Source: Lama glama | Lineage: Eukaryota | DNA length: 64,000 nucleotides | Direction of reading: 5' to 3' | Assembly (NCBI GenBank): GCA_028534125.1 | Contig: CM052816.1 | Span: 85,376,001-85,440,000, forward strand | Part shown: piece after piece, positions 12,860 through 25,517 of the stretch | How the letters are laid out: each line of letters starts with the position of its first letter | How positions within the stretch are numbered: position 1 is the stretch's first letter | The notes under the pieces: model-generated | Told to the model about the DNA's origin: nothing | What the model saw: only the letters and a program-made list of their open reading frames with translations | Databases searched by the model: none | Position numbers and translations under genes: made by a program

Positions 12860-13715
12860 ACTTTTTAAAATTTTAAATCAACTTTATTGAGGTCTAATTT
12901 ACATTTTAGAAGCGACATCCATTTAAAGTGTACCTTTTTAATAAGTTTTGAGAAGAGCATGTACCATGGTATTCCCTATATTCCCATGTACCACTTCTAT
13001 CAAGATAGACAACATCTTTATAGCCTTCAAAACTTTCCTCACACTTTTTTCTCCAGTCTCAAGTAATGACTAATATGCTTTCTGAGACCATAAATTAATT
13101 TCCTTTTCTGTAGTCTCATGTAAATGGAATTGAATAGTACATAGATTTTAAAGTCTTTTTTTGTTGAAGTGTAGTCGATTTACAATGTAATGTTAGTTTC
13201 ATATGTACAACAAAGTGATTCAGTTATACACATACATACATACATATATATTTTTGTTTTCAGACTCTTTTCCATTAAAGCTCATCACAAGAAATCTCAT
13301 CTAGTTCCCTGTGCTATGTTACTCAGCCATAAAAAGTAATGAAATAATGCCATTTGCAGCAACACGGATGGACCTAGAGATTGTCATATTAAGTGAAGTA
13401 AGTCAGACAGTGAACAGTACATAGTTTTGTGCCTGGTTTATTTTACCCAGCATGATGTGGTCCCAAAGGCTTTGGAATGTATCAGCAGTTCACTATGTTC
13501 TATTGCTAAATGGTATTCCAATGTATTGGATATATTAGAATTCATCCATTCACCAATTGCTTGGCATTTGAGTTATTCCTAGGTTTTGGGCACTCAGAAT
13601 GATGCTGTTGTGAACTTTCATACGAGTCACTGTGTGCATATGTGTTTTCATTTCTTTTGGATAAGCATATGTGAGTGCAATTGCTGGGTCGTATGAAGTA
13701 TATGTTTAATTTCCT
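12860..13715 (-). mobile_element. Old L1 (L1MB/L1MC-type) 3' end, interrupted at 13145-13410
   Basis: 'caactttattgaggtctaatttaca', 'taaatggaat', 'atccattcacca', 'gtgcaattgctgggtcgtatg'. Confidence 0.8.
13145..13410 (-). mobile_element. Young cetartiodactyl-type L1, 5'-truncated with 5' inversion
   Basis: Antisense 3' end about 13155-13317 ('ttgttgaagtgtagtcgatttacaatg...gttccctgtgctat') abuts a sense piece 13319-13410. Flanked by TSD tgaatagtacatag (13131-13144) / tgaacagtacatag (13411-13424). Confidence 0.85.
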
Positions 13716-15860
13716 GCATTTTTCTCTATTTTAAAACTCTTAGATGACCAGAGTTTTATTTTAGTCTTTTTTTAATAGCCTTTGTTAAATATAAATTGGT
13801 ATCAATAGCTAAGAATTAAACACTGCATTTAAGCAGCAAGAAGGCTCATTTAACCACTTGACATTTTGCGTCTGTGGGATACTGGAAGTAACAAAAGACG
13901 ATGAGGCTCTCAGGTAATGCTGGCAGTTGGGGAAAGGTTGTCTTGTAACATGGGATGGAAAATCTTACTCCTACGCCTCCTGTCACTAAGAGGGCATTCA
14001 TGGGCTTTCTCAGGCTGCTGAGGTAATTATCTCTAGGACAATTTGGGGGAACAAACTTATGTTTACCTAATTTGGGTGGTTTACGAGTAGCTTAGAAGTA
14101 TATGACATTTACTGCAGTTGAAAAAATTCTCTACTTTGAGGACTCCAATTTGCTGTTGAGAACTCTAACATTTTGTCATCATCAGTGCATCTGCTCTGAA
14201 ACCAAGAGGTTATTAGTGGAATAATAAGCTGATCAACACACCAACAAAATGAAAAAGAAAGATGAGCTGAAAGTATCACAGAGCATTTTTGCCCCACCAC
14301 TGTGGTTTTCTCACCAAACTATAGGTGGTGGAAAAATATGGTTTATACAGAATACCTATACCACACAGACACAACACACATGAGGGACAACACACTTATT
14401 TGCATCAGTTTAAAACTCTATACAAAAGCTTTTTAGAGATAGTTTACAATACCTTAACCTAAAAAAAATTAATGTCTTTAATGTAAAAAGGAAAAAAGTT
14501 CCACTATTATGGCCAAGTAGAGAGCTTAAAAACTATGTTTATCAGCTTGGTGACAATTCTGGGTACATAAATCAAACATTTTTAAAATAAATAATGTTCC
14601 TAACACAGAGACTATTCTAATTTGAATATCTTACTCTCTATACAGGTATATAGTTGATTTTAATTAATAATGATTAATCTGAAAAATGTCATGTATATAT
14701 TCAGCTTGACATTAATTTTATACTCTAAATATATGTTTGAATTGTAAGATTCTAGAGGCTCATCTTGTTTATCTAATAATGCTACTAAGCAAAAAATGAT
14801 GGATTAATTGAAACTACAAGAAATACAGCGTATAGAATATACTTCAAAATATTCAGCTATGAAATGACAGTACAGGAGACTTCCAGCAAAAACAGTTCAT
14901 TAGCATGATGTTACTATCTTTGTGCATGATTCTTTAGTTGTGAACTGTCAATAGGCAATATGCAAATGTTGAAAAGAGTGTGATAGCTTTGACATGCTTT
15001 CAGCTTAACCAAGGATGCAAATGGTCTTATCTTTATCATTGATGGTGCAGTGGAAAAATATTTCCAGCTATGTTATGAAATATATCTATTGATTCATTAT
15101 TGATTAAAGTTGCATTATTTGCCATTTACAGTCTAGGTTATACCATTCAATAGGAATTTTTGAGACATTAACTATAATTATTTTCATTTAATTTCCAAGA
15201 ATAAGCATTTGTTAATATGAATGAATGAGGGTTGTTATGTATGAAAATGCCAAGTAAAGCTATAACCCTCCTAGCACATTTTAAAATTTTACCTTACTGC
15301 CTTACTTCAGGTATAAACCAATTTTAAGTAAAGTCATCTTGATGTGAAATTGTTGGAAAGGTAAAATGTTAAGGCTCGTAAGTAAAATATATAAATATAA
15401 GACAGTAACCACTTTTCTTATTTATTGCCTTCTATTTTTTACTGTGCATTGTGTAATTAGCCTAAGTTTAGTTCCAAAATACATAAAACATTCTTAAACA
15501 CATTTGGTAATACCTCACTCAGTTCACTTTATTCTATTAATCTTTATAAAAAGCAGGGCCAATATTCCTTTTTCTATATGAGCAGTTTAACACACACACT
15601 CATTTGAATATCATAAAACTTACAAACATTTTGAAATATAATTGATTATAAAAGGGTTATGTACAATTTTATTTTAACAAAAATCCTTACATGCATAAAA
15701 TAATAAATCAATTGATCAAACTAATTTCAGAGTTTTTATACCATATAAAATAGTTACTTTAGTTTGCAAGAGTTAAGGAAATTAGCATGGTCCTTTGTTT
15801 TCTTTTAAATATTTTTGTTTATTTTCCATACCAATACAAAATCAGACATACGTAAACACA

Positions 15861-15886
15861 AATTCACACACACACATACACACACT
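15861..15886. repeat. (CA)n microsatellite
   Basis: Direct reading. Confidence 0.7.
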
Positions 15887-18849
15887 TCCCATGGAAAAAG
15901 TTTTGGGCATTAACTTATAAACTCTGATATCCATCAAGCAATACTCTGAAATTATGTTGGCAAAAACGTGTGTGCATATGTGTTTGAAGTTAGAATGAGA
16001 TAACAAACTTCCTAGAAGAGAACAAATTTAATGAAAATTTATTCTCAAAATTTGTTTGAAAATAAATTCTATGTAATTATTACTGAATAATTTTTATATA
16101 GTCTCAGACAAAACAACTAACAGTTACATTGTTTAATGGTTTTGCATATTTATTATTTGAATAAATGCACTGCATAGTTTTATAAATTGCTTCAAAATAG
16201 AGTTATCTTTATGTCTCCCGTTTTTAGAAATGAGAGGTATATAATGAAGAATACAATCCATTCAACTAAAATTTACTGGGATACTCTAAAAATAAAGTTT
16301 AAATAGAAAATAGCACAATTCTCAAAGATCAGTGTTTGAAGAGACATATTAAACAACACGTTTTGTAGGAATACAAATATTAGGAAAAGTCCTAGTGCCA
16401 ACTCATCATTTTGGCACTTTCTAACTCATAGATCAGAGGTCCTACCTGGGCTCAGGAAAGGATGATGCACAGAAAAGACTGGGTTATTTTTTTTCCTGCC
16501 ATTCCCACCAGAATGCTGATTCAGTGAGAAAGCATTATATAAAAGTCTATTTCTTGCAAACCTCAATTTGAAGGCTGAGATCCACTTCCAGTTCTTGTGG
16601 GGACTTGGCATGTTATAGCTAAAAGTTTCCAAGATCACATATATGCTCAAAGAGCATATTAATAATATCTAGAATTGCAACCAATTATTTTTGATATAAT
16701 AATTAATGGCAGCCTCTTTGATAATAGATGTATAGAAACAAAGTTATAATGTTACAGCCATTTTAGGGACACCGACAGACCACTTTCAGATTGGTTGACA
16801 ATGCCGTGATGTAATTAATGCACTTTTTAAAATCCCTTGGTGAGTACAGTATGTCTGGTTAAAAAAAAAAGGACATTGTTTGAATTTGCTAATAAGAATA
16901 AAATTTCAAGATATTCTGGAAAATTATCTGAATAGAGAAGGCATAGAATTAGTAGGCAGCCCCTACGTTGGATTCAGAATCTCTCAATTGAGTAAAAACC
17001 TCCCTATTTTTGTGCCTATGAGGCACAGCTCAAGCTCAGGCTTGACAAGTGCAGATGTAGTTTACCAATCCTGCCTGATTCTCTGTGTATTTTAGTTAAG
17101 TATATACACTGTATAACATATGCCGCATCCTTTCTCTAGCTTCTGAAGAGCAATTATCCAGCACAAATGGACTCTGGTATTTCACCAAGAATATATGTCC
17201 ATTAATCATCTGTAGTGTGGATACCTAAAGGCAGAAGACTAAACTCTGTAGAAGAGGAATAAAGTTCAAAAAGAAGTGTGTCCTGCATTTGGTTAGTAGG
17301 AAAAGTAGTAGATTTAATTCTAAGACATCTGGTATGAGTTTAGAAAAAAGAATTCACTCTTTCTTTGAGACTTCATGGTAAAATATTTCCATGTCTACAA
17401 TGCTCAAAGCTGGAGAAAGCTTATCTGAGTAGAAGTAAGGCTGAGAAGCCTTGGAAATCAGAAAAGAAAAGAATTTTGGTGCCACTCCACCCAGGCAAAT
17501 ATATGTATGATCAATCAGCACTGATTTCTGTTCCCCGGTTTGGCATGTGTGGTCCAGAGGAGTGAGAATTAAAGACGAGAAAGTCCATCTTGTGATTATA
17601 CTAAGCAGGTACTGCTCTTCCTGATCTATTTCCCCTTGTGGAAATACACGTGAACAGGGGATGTCTTGCTACGTCTAGAGACTGGATAAAAAATAATGTA
17701 TCAAAAGAGTAATTATTTATGGCTGGAGTTATGGGATGGGGAATTGGATAGTTATATGTGAAAACTAAAAACTGAACAAGTTGGCATTTTCCTGTTTTCC
17801 ACCTCTAGCCACTTGCTGTGGAGCTCATCTTGTTTCGGGAATGATTCCACCTGTGCTAGGGGTAATCACAGTGAGAAATAAAATAAAGTAAATAATAGAA
17901 GGATGTACATATTCAGCCAATATCTAAGTCCATTCTTCAAACACTTAGAGACCCTGAGGAAAATACCACTTTCATAGCATCATGCTGCTTTGCAGATAAG
18001 CATTACTGTCTGGAAGGGCACATTAAGATTCTCCACAGGAGCAAGATAGAGTAATAAGCAGACTTGATTTACTATACAGAAGGGTTTGTGGTGAAGGACT
18101 GTGTCTGGTATAATATTTTGTAATTCTAGTAGTTTCCCATCGACTCCCTCTTCTTCTTCTTTCATGGAAATATTTAGTTTCCTGTGTGCACAATTCACAA
18201 AGTAAATGGACAGAAGGCAAATAGGACTTTGATGCCAAACACAGTCTTATCGAACTTCATTTCCACATGGCAAGAGAGAGAACTCACAGAGAGAAAATGT
18301 ATTGCTCAAATGCTGAACAGGAGAATCACTTTCCCAGAGAGAAAATCGACTTCTGCTTGGATTGAATGAGAAAAGGGGAGAGAAGAGTCTGTGGACTTTG
18401 AAAATGGAGAAAACTTTCTCTTCTGTCTCAAGCACTGGGAAAAAAAATAATAGAAGGAAGACCATGAGATATAACCAGACAAGGAGGACCACACTTAACA
18501 TTTCAAATTATTTCCCATCAAAATTACAGCCATGATCGAACAAAGAAAACCTTCTGAGCCTGAGTATGTGAGCATACAAAATTTTCAGCAGTTAAGATGA
18601 AAGAAAATAACCTTTTGGCTAGTGTATTTTAGGAAAGGTTTTAGAAAGAAATAAAATCTAAATTGTTAAGTAGCCAACATTTTGGATAGGTAGAAAAAAA
18701 AGTTAGGGCCATCTGTGCAGGAATAAATTTATGATTTCATTTTTAGTAGAGAGAATATGCATAAAATTATAAAAGATAAATAGATACTCTTGACTGTTTG
18801 GGGAAGAACATTAAATTAGAATATAACCATCCTGGAAACGGACAAGCTG

Positions 18850-19060
18850 GGGATCTGGATTTGGAAAATATGGATGAATACCTGGATGCACCTATATGTC
18901 TTTGGGAAAGTCATTCAACTTCTCTAATCCTTTCCTTCCTCATTTATATAATGGGGATAATCATTGTGTCTACCAAGTACAGTGTAGAATAAATCTAGTA
19001 ATATCTTTAAAATGTCAAATCTAAATAAGAACCCATACACCCAATACAGTTTATCATTTT
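18850..19060 (+). mobile_element. MIR SINE
   Basis: 'tgtctttgggaaagtcattcaacttctctaatcctttccttcctcatttatataatggggataatca'. Confidence 0.75.
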
Positions 19061-20194
19061 TTATACAAAAATTCTTGGATCATCAGAATTTAACTTTTAT
19101 TCTACTGATAATAAGGAATAATAAAAAAAGTTTTTTAAAACTTGCAATTGAAGTGGCCAGTATTGATCTCTAATGAAAAATTTCTTAGCTCTAATAAGCA
19201 GTGTGAAATTGAGTAAAGAATGAATGATAGAGTTTAAAAAAGTTTGTGTCCCTAGAAACATGTATTGTTTGTTGTTCCTATTAACAGATTATTAATATCC
19301 TATTTTGAATGTGGGAGAAACTATGGAAATACTGATAAAGGATATCTGCAATTTTACAATAAAGAAAAAGCACCTTTGACTTTTACATGTATTTTCTAAA
19401 TAAAACCTCTGAATGACTTTTTAATATTATTAGACAATATATGCATCCCATTTTATTTTATAATTATATAAAATATATAAACATATGTTTAAGATATTAA
19501 TTTAATGTTACTTGTTTAGTTCTGAAAATTAAACTACCCTTAATTAGTTTGTATCAGAAACATGCTGTGAATGATCCTCTAATAAAAATCAAATGTGTAG
19601 ATTTGCCTTGATATTAGGCAATGTATTTTGTAATGGCTCATTGTTTAAGATGACAATGTAAAACTACCAAACTGTGTTATCTTTTCATTTATAATTATAT
19701 ATAAAGCAATCTTGAAATATAAAAGATCTTAAGGAGTTAAATCTAGAAAAGATTTAAGTATGTGTCTTTTTCTGTGTTTAAATGAGTTTCTAATATTTTT
19801 TCATTTTACCCATCAAAACTTTAAATTGACACATGAAATATGTGTCCATTAATTCAAAATTTATTTCAGAGATTTTTTACTTTCTTATAAGTGTAATGCA
19901 ATTCTAAAATGTTAAAATCTCACTCCTTTAATATAATCCAGGATTGAGGTAAATTTTTTAATTCTCAGGTATAAATCTATTCATTAAAAAAAGGTATAAC
20001 ATAACCACAGGAAATGAGAATTCAAACTTTTAAATATAGAATTAAGTTAGACATCAGAAGTTGGAGTCTTGGAAATTGCAGATAGAAAATTAAAGACAAG
20101 TTAATTTACCCTAAGAGAAATAAATGTAAATATTGTTTGAGTAAATATAGATATTTGCCAACATTAAATAAGATGGAATTATATACAAATAGTA

Positions 20195-20305
20195 CACAGA
20201 TAATATGCAAATAGTACATACTGTATGTTCTACATGATTCCATTTATATCAAGTTCATTTTCAATAAATCTAATCTACAATGTCAGAAATTAGGATTACT
20301 AAACT
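20195..20305 (+). mobile_element. Old L1 (L1ME-type) 3' UTR fragment
   Basis: 'agtacatactgtatg...atgattccatttatatcaagttca...taatctacaatgtcagaaattaggat'. Confidence 0.65.
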
Positions 20306-20509
20306 ACTCTGATACTAGTGTTGGATCTCTGCAAATCTTTTTTTTTCCCCCAGTTGACTCCTTAAGTTTTAGTACTAGGAAATCACTGAAGGAAAATTGG
20401 AAGTCAGGAAGTCAGGAAGAAGTAGGATTTGCCCATCTTCTCTGTTCACTTTCCTAAGAGACTTGCCACATGCAATGGCTGTTAACTACCACCTCCAGCT
20501 TTTTTCTGG

Positions 20510-20960
20510 CACTCCCAGAAATAGGATTGTCCAATATATATATATATTATATATATTGTTTATTATAATAAGTTGGTTCAGAGATTATGGAGGTTGATAA
20601 ATTCCAAGATCTGCATTCAGCAAGCTGGAGACCCAGGAAAGCCAGTGGCTTAGTTCCAGTGTTAGTCCAAAGGCCTGAGACCCAGGAGAGCTGAAGTCCG
20701 AAGGCAGGAAAAGACTAACATCACAGCACAAGACAGTCAGACAGGAGGAGTTCCCTCTTGCTCAGCCTGTTTGTTCTATTCAGACAGTCAATTGATTGTA
20801 TGAGGCCCATCCACACTAGGGAAGGCAGCTGCTTAACTCAGCCCATTGACATAAATGTTAAACTCATCCAAAAACATCCTCACAAAACACCAGGAATAAT
20901 ATTTGGCCAAATTTCTGGCCATTCCATGATCCTGTCAAGGTGACACATAAAATCAAAAAT
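20510..20960 (-). mobile_element. MLT2B-like ERVL LTR
   Basis: 'gattatggaggttgataaattccaagatctgcattcagcaagctggagacccaggaaagcc...tgtatgaggcccatccacactaggga...gtcaaggtgacacataaaat'. Confidence 0.9.
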
Positions 20961-21017
20961 CCATCCTTCAAGCTTTTAGATTGTAATCACCAAAAGCTTT
21001 TTCCTTTGTCACCCCAA

Positions 21018-21058
21018 GCAGTTACTTCTTCCTGCAGTTACTTCTTCCTGTAGTTACT
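21018..21058. repeat. 16-bp tandem repeat x2.5 (gcagttacttcttcct)
   Basis: Direct reading. Confidence 0.85.
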
Positions 21059-21639
21059 ATTTTAGTGTCCCCTTGCGTCCTTGTTTCACATTTATTTCTC
21101 CAACAGCCCATATTACATCCTCAAATTAACCTCTGAGTTTTGACATACCTAGTTTAGATTCTGCTTTTTTGATGGGACCTGACTGGTTCAGCATATGGTC
21201 TCAGGAGTGGTCCCAGCAAAAAGACACTTAAAAATGAGATTTAGGAATTCATTTGTATGTATCCTTGCATTTAACGTCAGTCATATATCCAAGGACAAAT
21301 GGGATAATAGCAATTAGTAACATGGAGGGGCGTTATGAAGAATTAATTCTGAAGCAAGAGTCCTGATGGCCAGATGACAGTCGCACTTGCCTGATATATA
21401 AGAAGAAGAACTATCAAGACTGTGAAGTGGGGCGGCTTTTTCTGTCCATCCTGAAAAGCTGAGATGACAGGACAGTGGATGCCTGGAGGATTGCAACTGC
21501 GAGGGAACTTAGAATTGCTGAGATTTTATGAAATCTATTTTCTTAACCTGATTAACAGTTCATTCCTTTTGTATAAAATTATGCACTTTTCTCAATGTAT
21601 TTTATATCTCAGTAACATTTCCCAAAAAAGTGGGACACA

Positions 21640-22570
21640 AGACTAAACTGAAGAGGCTGCCACTAATTATGCTGAGGACAATTTGAGTATAAAAAAAGAA
21701 TCACAACAGTAATAAATTACAACAAACTGAATTAACTAAAAGATTATGTGAATCCATAAGGAGAGAGAAAGAAGAGTGGAGAGAGTTAATCAATGTACAA
21801 CAAATGATAACATTTAAAAAATCACCAATTTTTAGACAATTTAAAGCAAAGACTATCAAGCAAAGATTCAGGTAAACATAATCAAGACATGCTAAAATTT
21901 ATTGCATGAATGTGTTTTGGGGGAAAAGACTATTAACATGGTTTCAAAGAATCACCTTGTATTTTACTTTTTAATTATACATTGAAAAATATACTCTTAT
22001 AATAATGAAATCTATCCAGTTCTTCTGAACTAAATGCTCAAGTTTTTAATCACCAATAACAGGATAACTTGATATGAATGTCATAGAGCAGGAATTAAAC
22101 AGCATTATCCATTTAATATTCTCTCCAGAAATTATTGACCAGAATGTAGTCAAAAGAAAGTAGGTACAGTTACAATTCAAGACATTTTCCAGGGTAACAG
22201 GTCTGGATTTTTGAAAGGCTTAACATCATGAAAAATAGAGAGGAGCAATGGGAATGGTTTCGCCTGAAGGGGTTAAAAGAGGCTTCATAGAAGCACTGAA
22301 AAATTAAAAGATAAAAGGGAAACTATGAAGCCAGCTTGAGAGTTTTGAGAGTGGATATTTTGTTTGATTATAGTATTGTATCACTATTGATTTTCATAGG
22401 TAATTTATAGTCATTTGGTTATGATTACTTAGAAACTAATGTCCTTTTTTCTGAAAGCTACATGGCAAAGGATTTAAGAATGGAATGTCCTGACATCTTC
22501 AATGATTTGTCAAAAGACAAGATAGAGAGAGAGGGAAGGTTTGGGAAAATATTAACATTTGGTATATCTG
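21640..22570 (+). mobile_element. Old L1 (L1MC/L1MD-type) 3' region
   Basis: 'ctgaggacaatttgagtataaaa', 'tttttaatcaccaataacaggataac', 'atggcaaaggatttaagaatggaatgtcctgacatct', 'gggaaaatattaacatttggtatatctg'. Confidence 0.65.
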
Positions 22571-23004
22571 TTTGAAACAATGAAATAAAAATAAATAATT
22601 TAATTAAAGTACACATTTCTTTTTTCCCTATCAGAGCTTTAATTTCATGTGTACTAAGGATAAGAAAGTGTTCAATATAAGAGAAAAATACCTTAAATAC
22701 CAATAGTTTACCTTCAAAAAAACTTCTCAGCAATTTCACACGTTACAAATACCCTAAAATAAATACATATGCTTCACTGGTAAATACCAACGTAAGGTTT
22801 CTCACATAAAAAAGACAAATGAATGTGCAGAAATAAAACCTAGAACTAAGAAAACGACATTAGTCCTTTTTACTCTTGATAAAAATGCAAACACTTGTAA
22901 CAACAACAAAACCAAACATTGTTTTCTGTCAAGCTTTATATTTGGCTTCTTTACCATGACTTGATATTTTTCCCTCACATTATTATTTTTTTTAGAGAAA
23001 GTTC

Positions 23005-23501
23005 TGTCGACTGAAATGAAATCACACAACATGAGAGTGATGGGTTAAGATTCATTTGGGGCAAAATGAGGACGATAGCCCAGGAGAGCATCTCAGAGAG
23101 CTCTGAGGAACTGCTCTGAAGAGACGGGGAAACTCAGTATTATATCTGATTGCAGTGAAGGGGGTACATGCAGTCAAGCACATGTTTAGACAGGGCCTGG
23201 CTGCTAGTCATGAGGAGCCAATGTCATTGCTAATGATTTTAGTGCCTTCTAGAAATGAGGAGATGCAAGAAATTGGGCTCATTAAACCTTCTCCTGAAAA
23301 TATCTAACTATCTACAGGCCTGTTCTGCCAGTTTTCCCAGAGCACAGAGCACCTCATTCCTGCTCTCCACCCTGAACTCCTTGCAGGGAGTGTTGGAGCT
23401 CAGCGGCTGCAGCGGCTCATAATTTAATCCAAGCAGAGGTAGATGCCAGTGTGACTCAGTCCTTGTAGAGGCAGATGGCAAGTGCCAACTTTTAGTTGGC
23501 A
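23005..23501 (-). mobile_element. Solo ERV1 LTR (cetartiodactyl MER41/LTR39-like)
   Basis: TG...CA termini with inverted ends tgtcgact/agttggca and 4-bp flanks gttc/cttc. Internal 'ttcatttggggcaaaatgaggacgatagcccaggagagcatctcagagagctctgag'. Confidence 0.85.
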
Positions 23502-23589
23502 CTTCCTTATAAATATAACATTTAATTGGCTTAGCATTTGGCTACCTCTCCTAACATTGTTAATATATGAGTTCCAGATTTATATGAAA

Positions 23590-24800
23590 GACAAAACTGC
23601 ATAGAAAAAATAATAGGAAAAGCCACTGCTCAAAGTAAAACTGAATATATAAGTTGAGAACTTAAATGATACATTCATTGTTCTGAGAGAGGTACAGGAC
23701 ATTTTAAGAAGTTACTCCTTTGTCAAACATCATTAGTTAACAGGGACATGAAAACTAAGCCATAATGGGTTATGATTTCACACTTCTAGGGTAACTACTA
23801 TCAAACAGACCAACAATGCAAAATTTTGCAGAGAATTTGGAATAGACACTCAAAAAATAGGCAAATACATGTTTTATTGTTTGACTCAATAGGTTTGAAA
23901 TCTTTTTATAACATAGAGACAATTACTTTAAACAGAAAGAAAATGCCTATGAAATAGTCGATAGTGACTTTCCAATAAATTATAAGCAAGTTGGAACAAA
24001 TAAAACATTTGCATGACTATGAAAGAGAAAATTCACATAAACTAATTCCAAAAGTAATGTTTAATTAGATGAGATTACGATCTGACTATCTTAGACCAAA
24101 TTGCAGTCTTAACTGTAAGGAGATGGGAACATATAGAGCAGCATACTGCTTTTAAAAAAAAAAAAAAGTTTTATTTGTAAAATCCCAGTATTGAAATTCT
24201 GAAGGAAAATAACTTAATCTTGCATGGATCTAGACCTTATAAAGTAATCTCAGCATCACTGAGAGTCCCAGTACAAAATTTGATCTATATGTTAAATTCA
24301 AAAATAAAAAAAAATAATGAAATGACATATTTATATAAAGATTCAAGGTTCATTTCTGAATCTCAACATTGCTTGGTAATTCTGTTGACAAATCTAATTG
24401 TAATCCTCAGCAAATGACATTTCTTCAAATTGAAACTATTAAGAAAATTTTGGGAACTACAGTGACTCAAGGCATATTTAATTTGGTGTTACATGAGTTT
24501 AATCTATGTGAAAACTTTACCATAATACAATTAGCAGATTTTGTGAAAATTAAGGTAATATAATATATAGTAACATAAGTTGTATACATTTTTATTTTAT
24601 TACTTATCCAAATATTGTCCTCCATCAATAGAGTATCTAGGTATGTGCACAAGCTCTTGTACACCAGCACAAGAAATAGTTTATGAACAGTTAAGAGCAC
24701 ACACCAATTTTATATCAGTGTCACTAGATACCTCAATGAGGAAAGCAAATTGAATTCTATAATGATTTTATTTTTTCCATCTAACAAAAGCAAACAAATT
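23590..24800 (+). mobile_element. Highly decayed L1 ORF2 fragments
   Basis: 'aaacatcattagttaacagggacatgaaaactaagccataatgggttatgatttcacac', 'gttgacaaatctaattgtaa'; patchy similarity only. Confidence 0.45.
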
Positions 24801-25170
24801 ACAACTTTTGGGAATTCTTTCCGCCAAAGATAAAATATTTGACATTTGGGTAAATGTTGTTATAAATTCAGTCTAAATAGCTAATGTTAACAAATGCATT
24901 TTGTTAATATAAATGCAAATTTTCTATCAATATGAAAATTTGCATTTCAATGGAACTCAGACTCATATTTAAAAGTATTTTTATTAAGTTAAAGAAACTA
25001 TGGTGCATAAGTGTACTCTGAATTAATAGTTATATAAATAATGCAATTTATAGTTGCATCAAAAAAAAAAAAAACCCTTGTGATTTTCTACCTATTGAAA
25101 TAAAACTGATGGTTGTGAAACCAAAAGCATATTCATACATAGGCACCGTTACAGAAAGTGAACATAAAAT

Positions 25171-25517
25171 TGTTGAACTGAAATAAATAAACTGCCAGAT
25201 AATTCTCCAGCAATTGGGCTGGATACTGCACTTATTCAGTATCAGCAGAGAATTGCAATTCCGGGTCTGTTACCATGGCAAGCCAGTTGCAAGTCCCTGC
25301 ACAGCAAGAAGTGGAGAAGGCTTTATAAAGAGGAAAAGGAAGTTGGCAGGGCTAGAGTAACGGAGTCCATGGCTTTTCACTGGCTGAGTTTTTACCAGGA
25401 AAGAACTGGCAAGTTCTTCTTCCTGTTGAGCTCACCTGGCATCGCAGGGTGTGAGATCTGTCCCTCTCTTGTCTCCCAAATCTATTTAATGGAGGTTCCT
25501 GTTTATTAATTTTTACA
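25171..25517 (-). mobile_element. Solo ERV1-type LTR
   Basis: Starts 'tgttgaactgaaataaa', ends 'attaatttttaca', flanks aaat/aaaa. Internal 'ttattcagtatcagcagagaattgcaattccggg', 'gagtccatggcttttcactggctgag'. Confidence 0.75.

Larger units (their letters stand above)
20319..21320 (+). mobile_element. ERVL LTR (LTR33/LTR16-group) plus start of internal region, interrupted by MLT2
   Basis: LTR end 'aaattaacctctg...agattctgctttttt gatgggacctgactg' at about 21120-21190. It is followed by the ERVL leader-like 'ggtctcaggagtggtcccagcaaaaagacacttaaaaatgagatt'. The 5' part (20319-20505) is assigned tentatively. Confidence 0.55.

Noticed and set aside
16394..16418. agtgccaa-N9-ttggcact as an NFI site
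   Set aside because: The half-sites are in the wrong order and spacing for TTGGC-N5-GCCAA, and an 8-bp stem is expected by chance.
17980..18560. Cluster of five overlapping ORFs as an exon or processed pseudogene
   Set aside because: No frame resembles a known protein; no convincing splice pair, TSD or poly(A).
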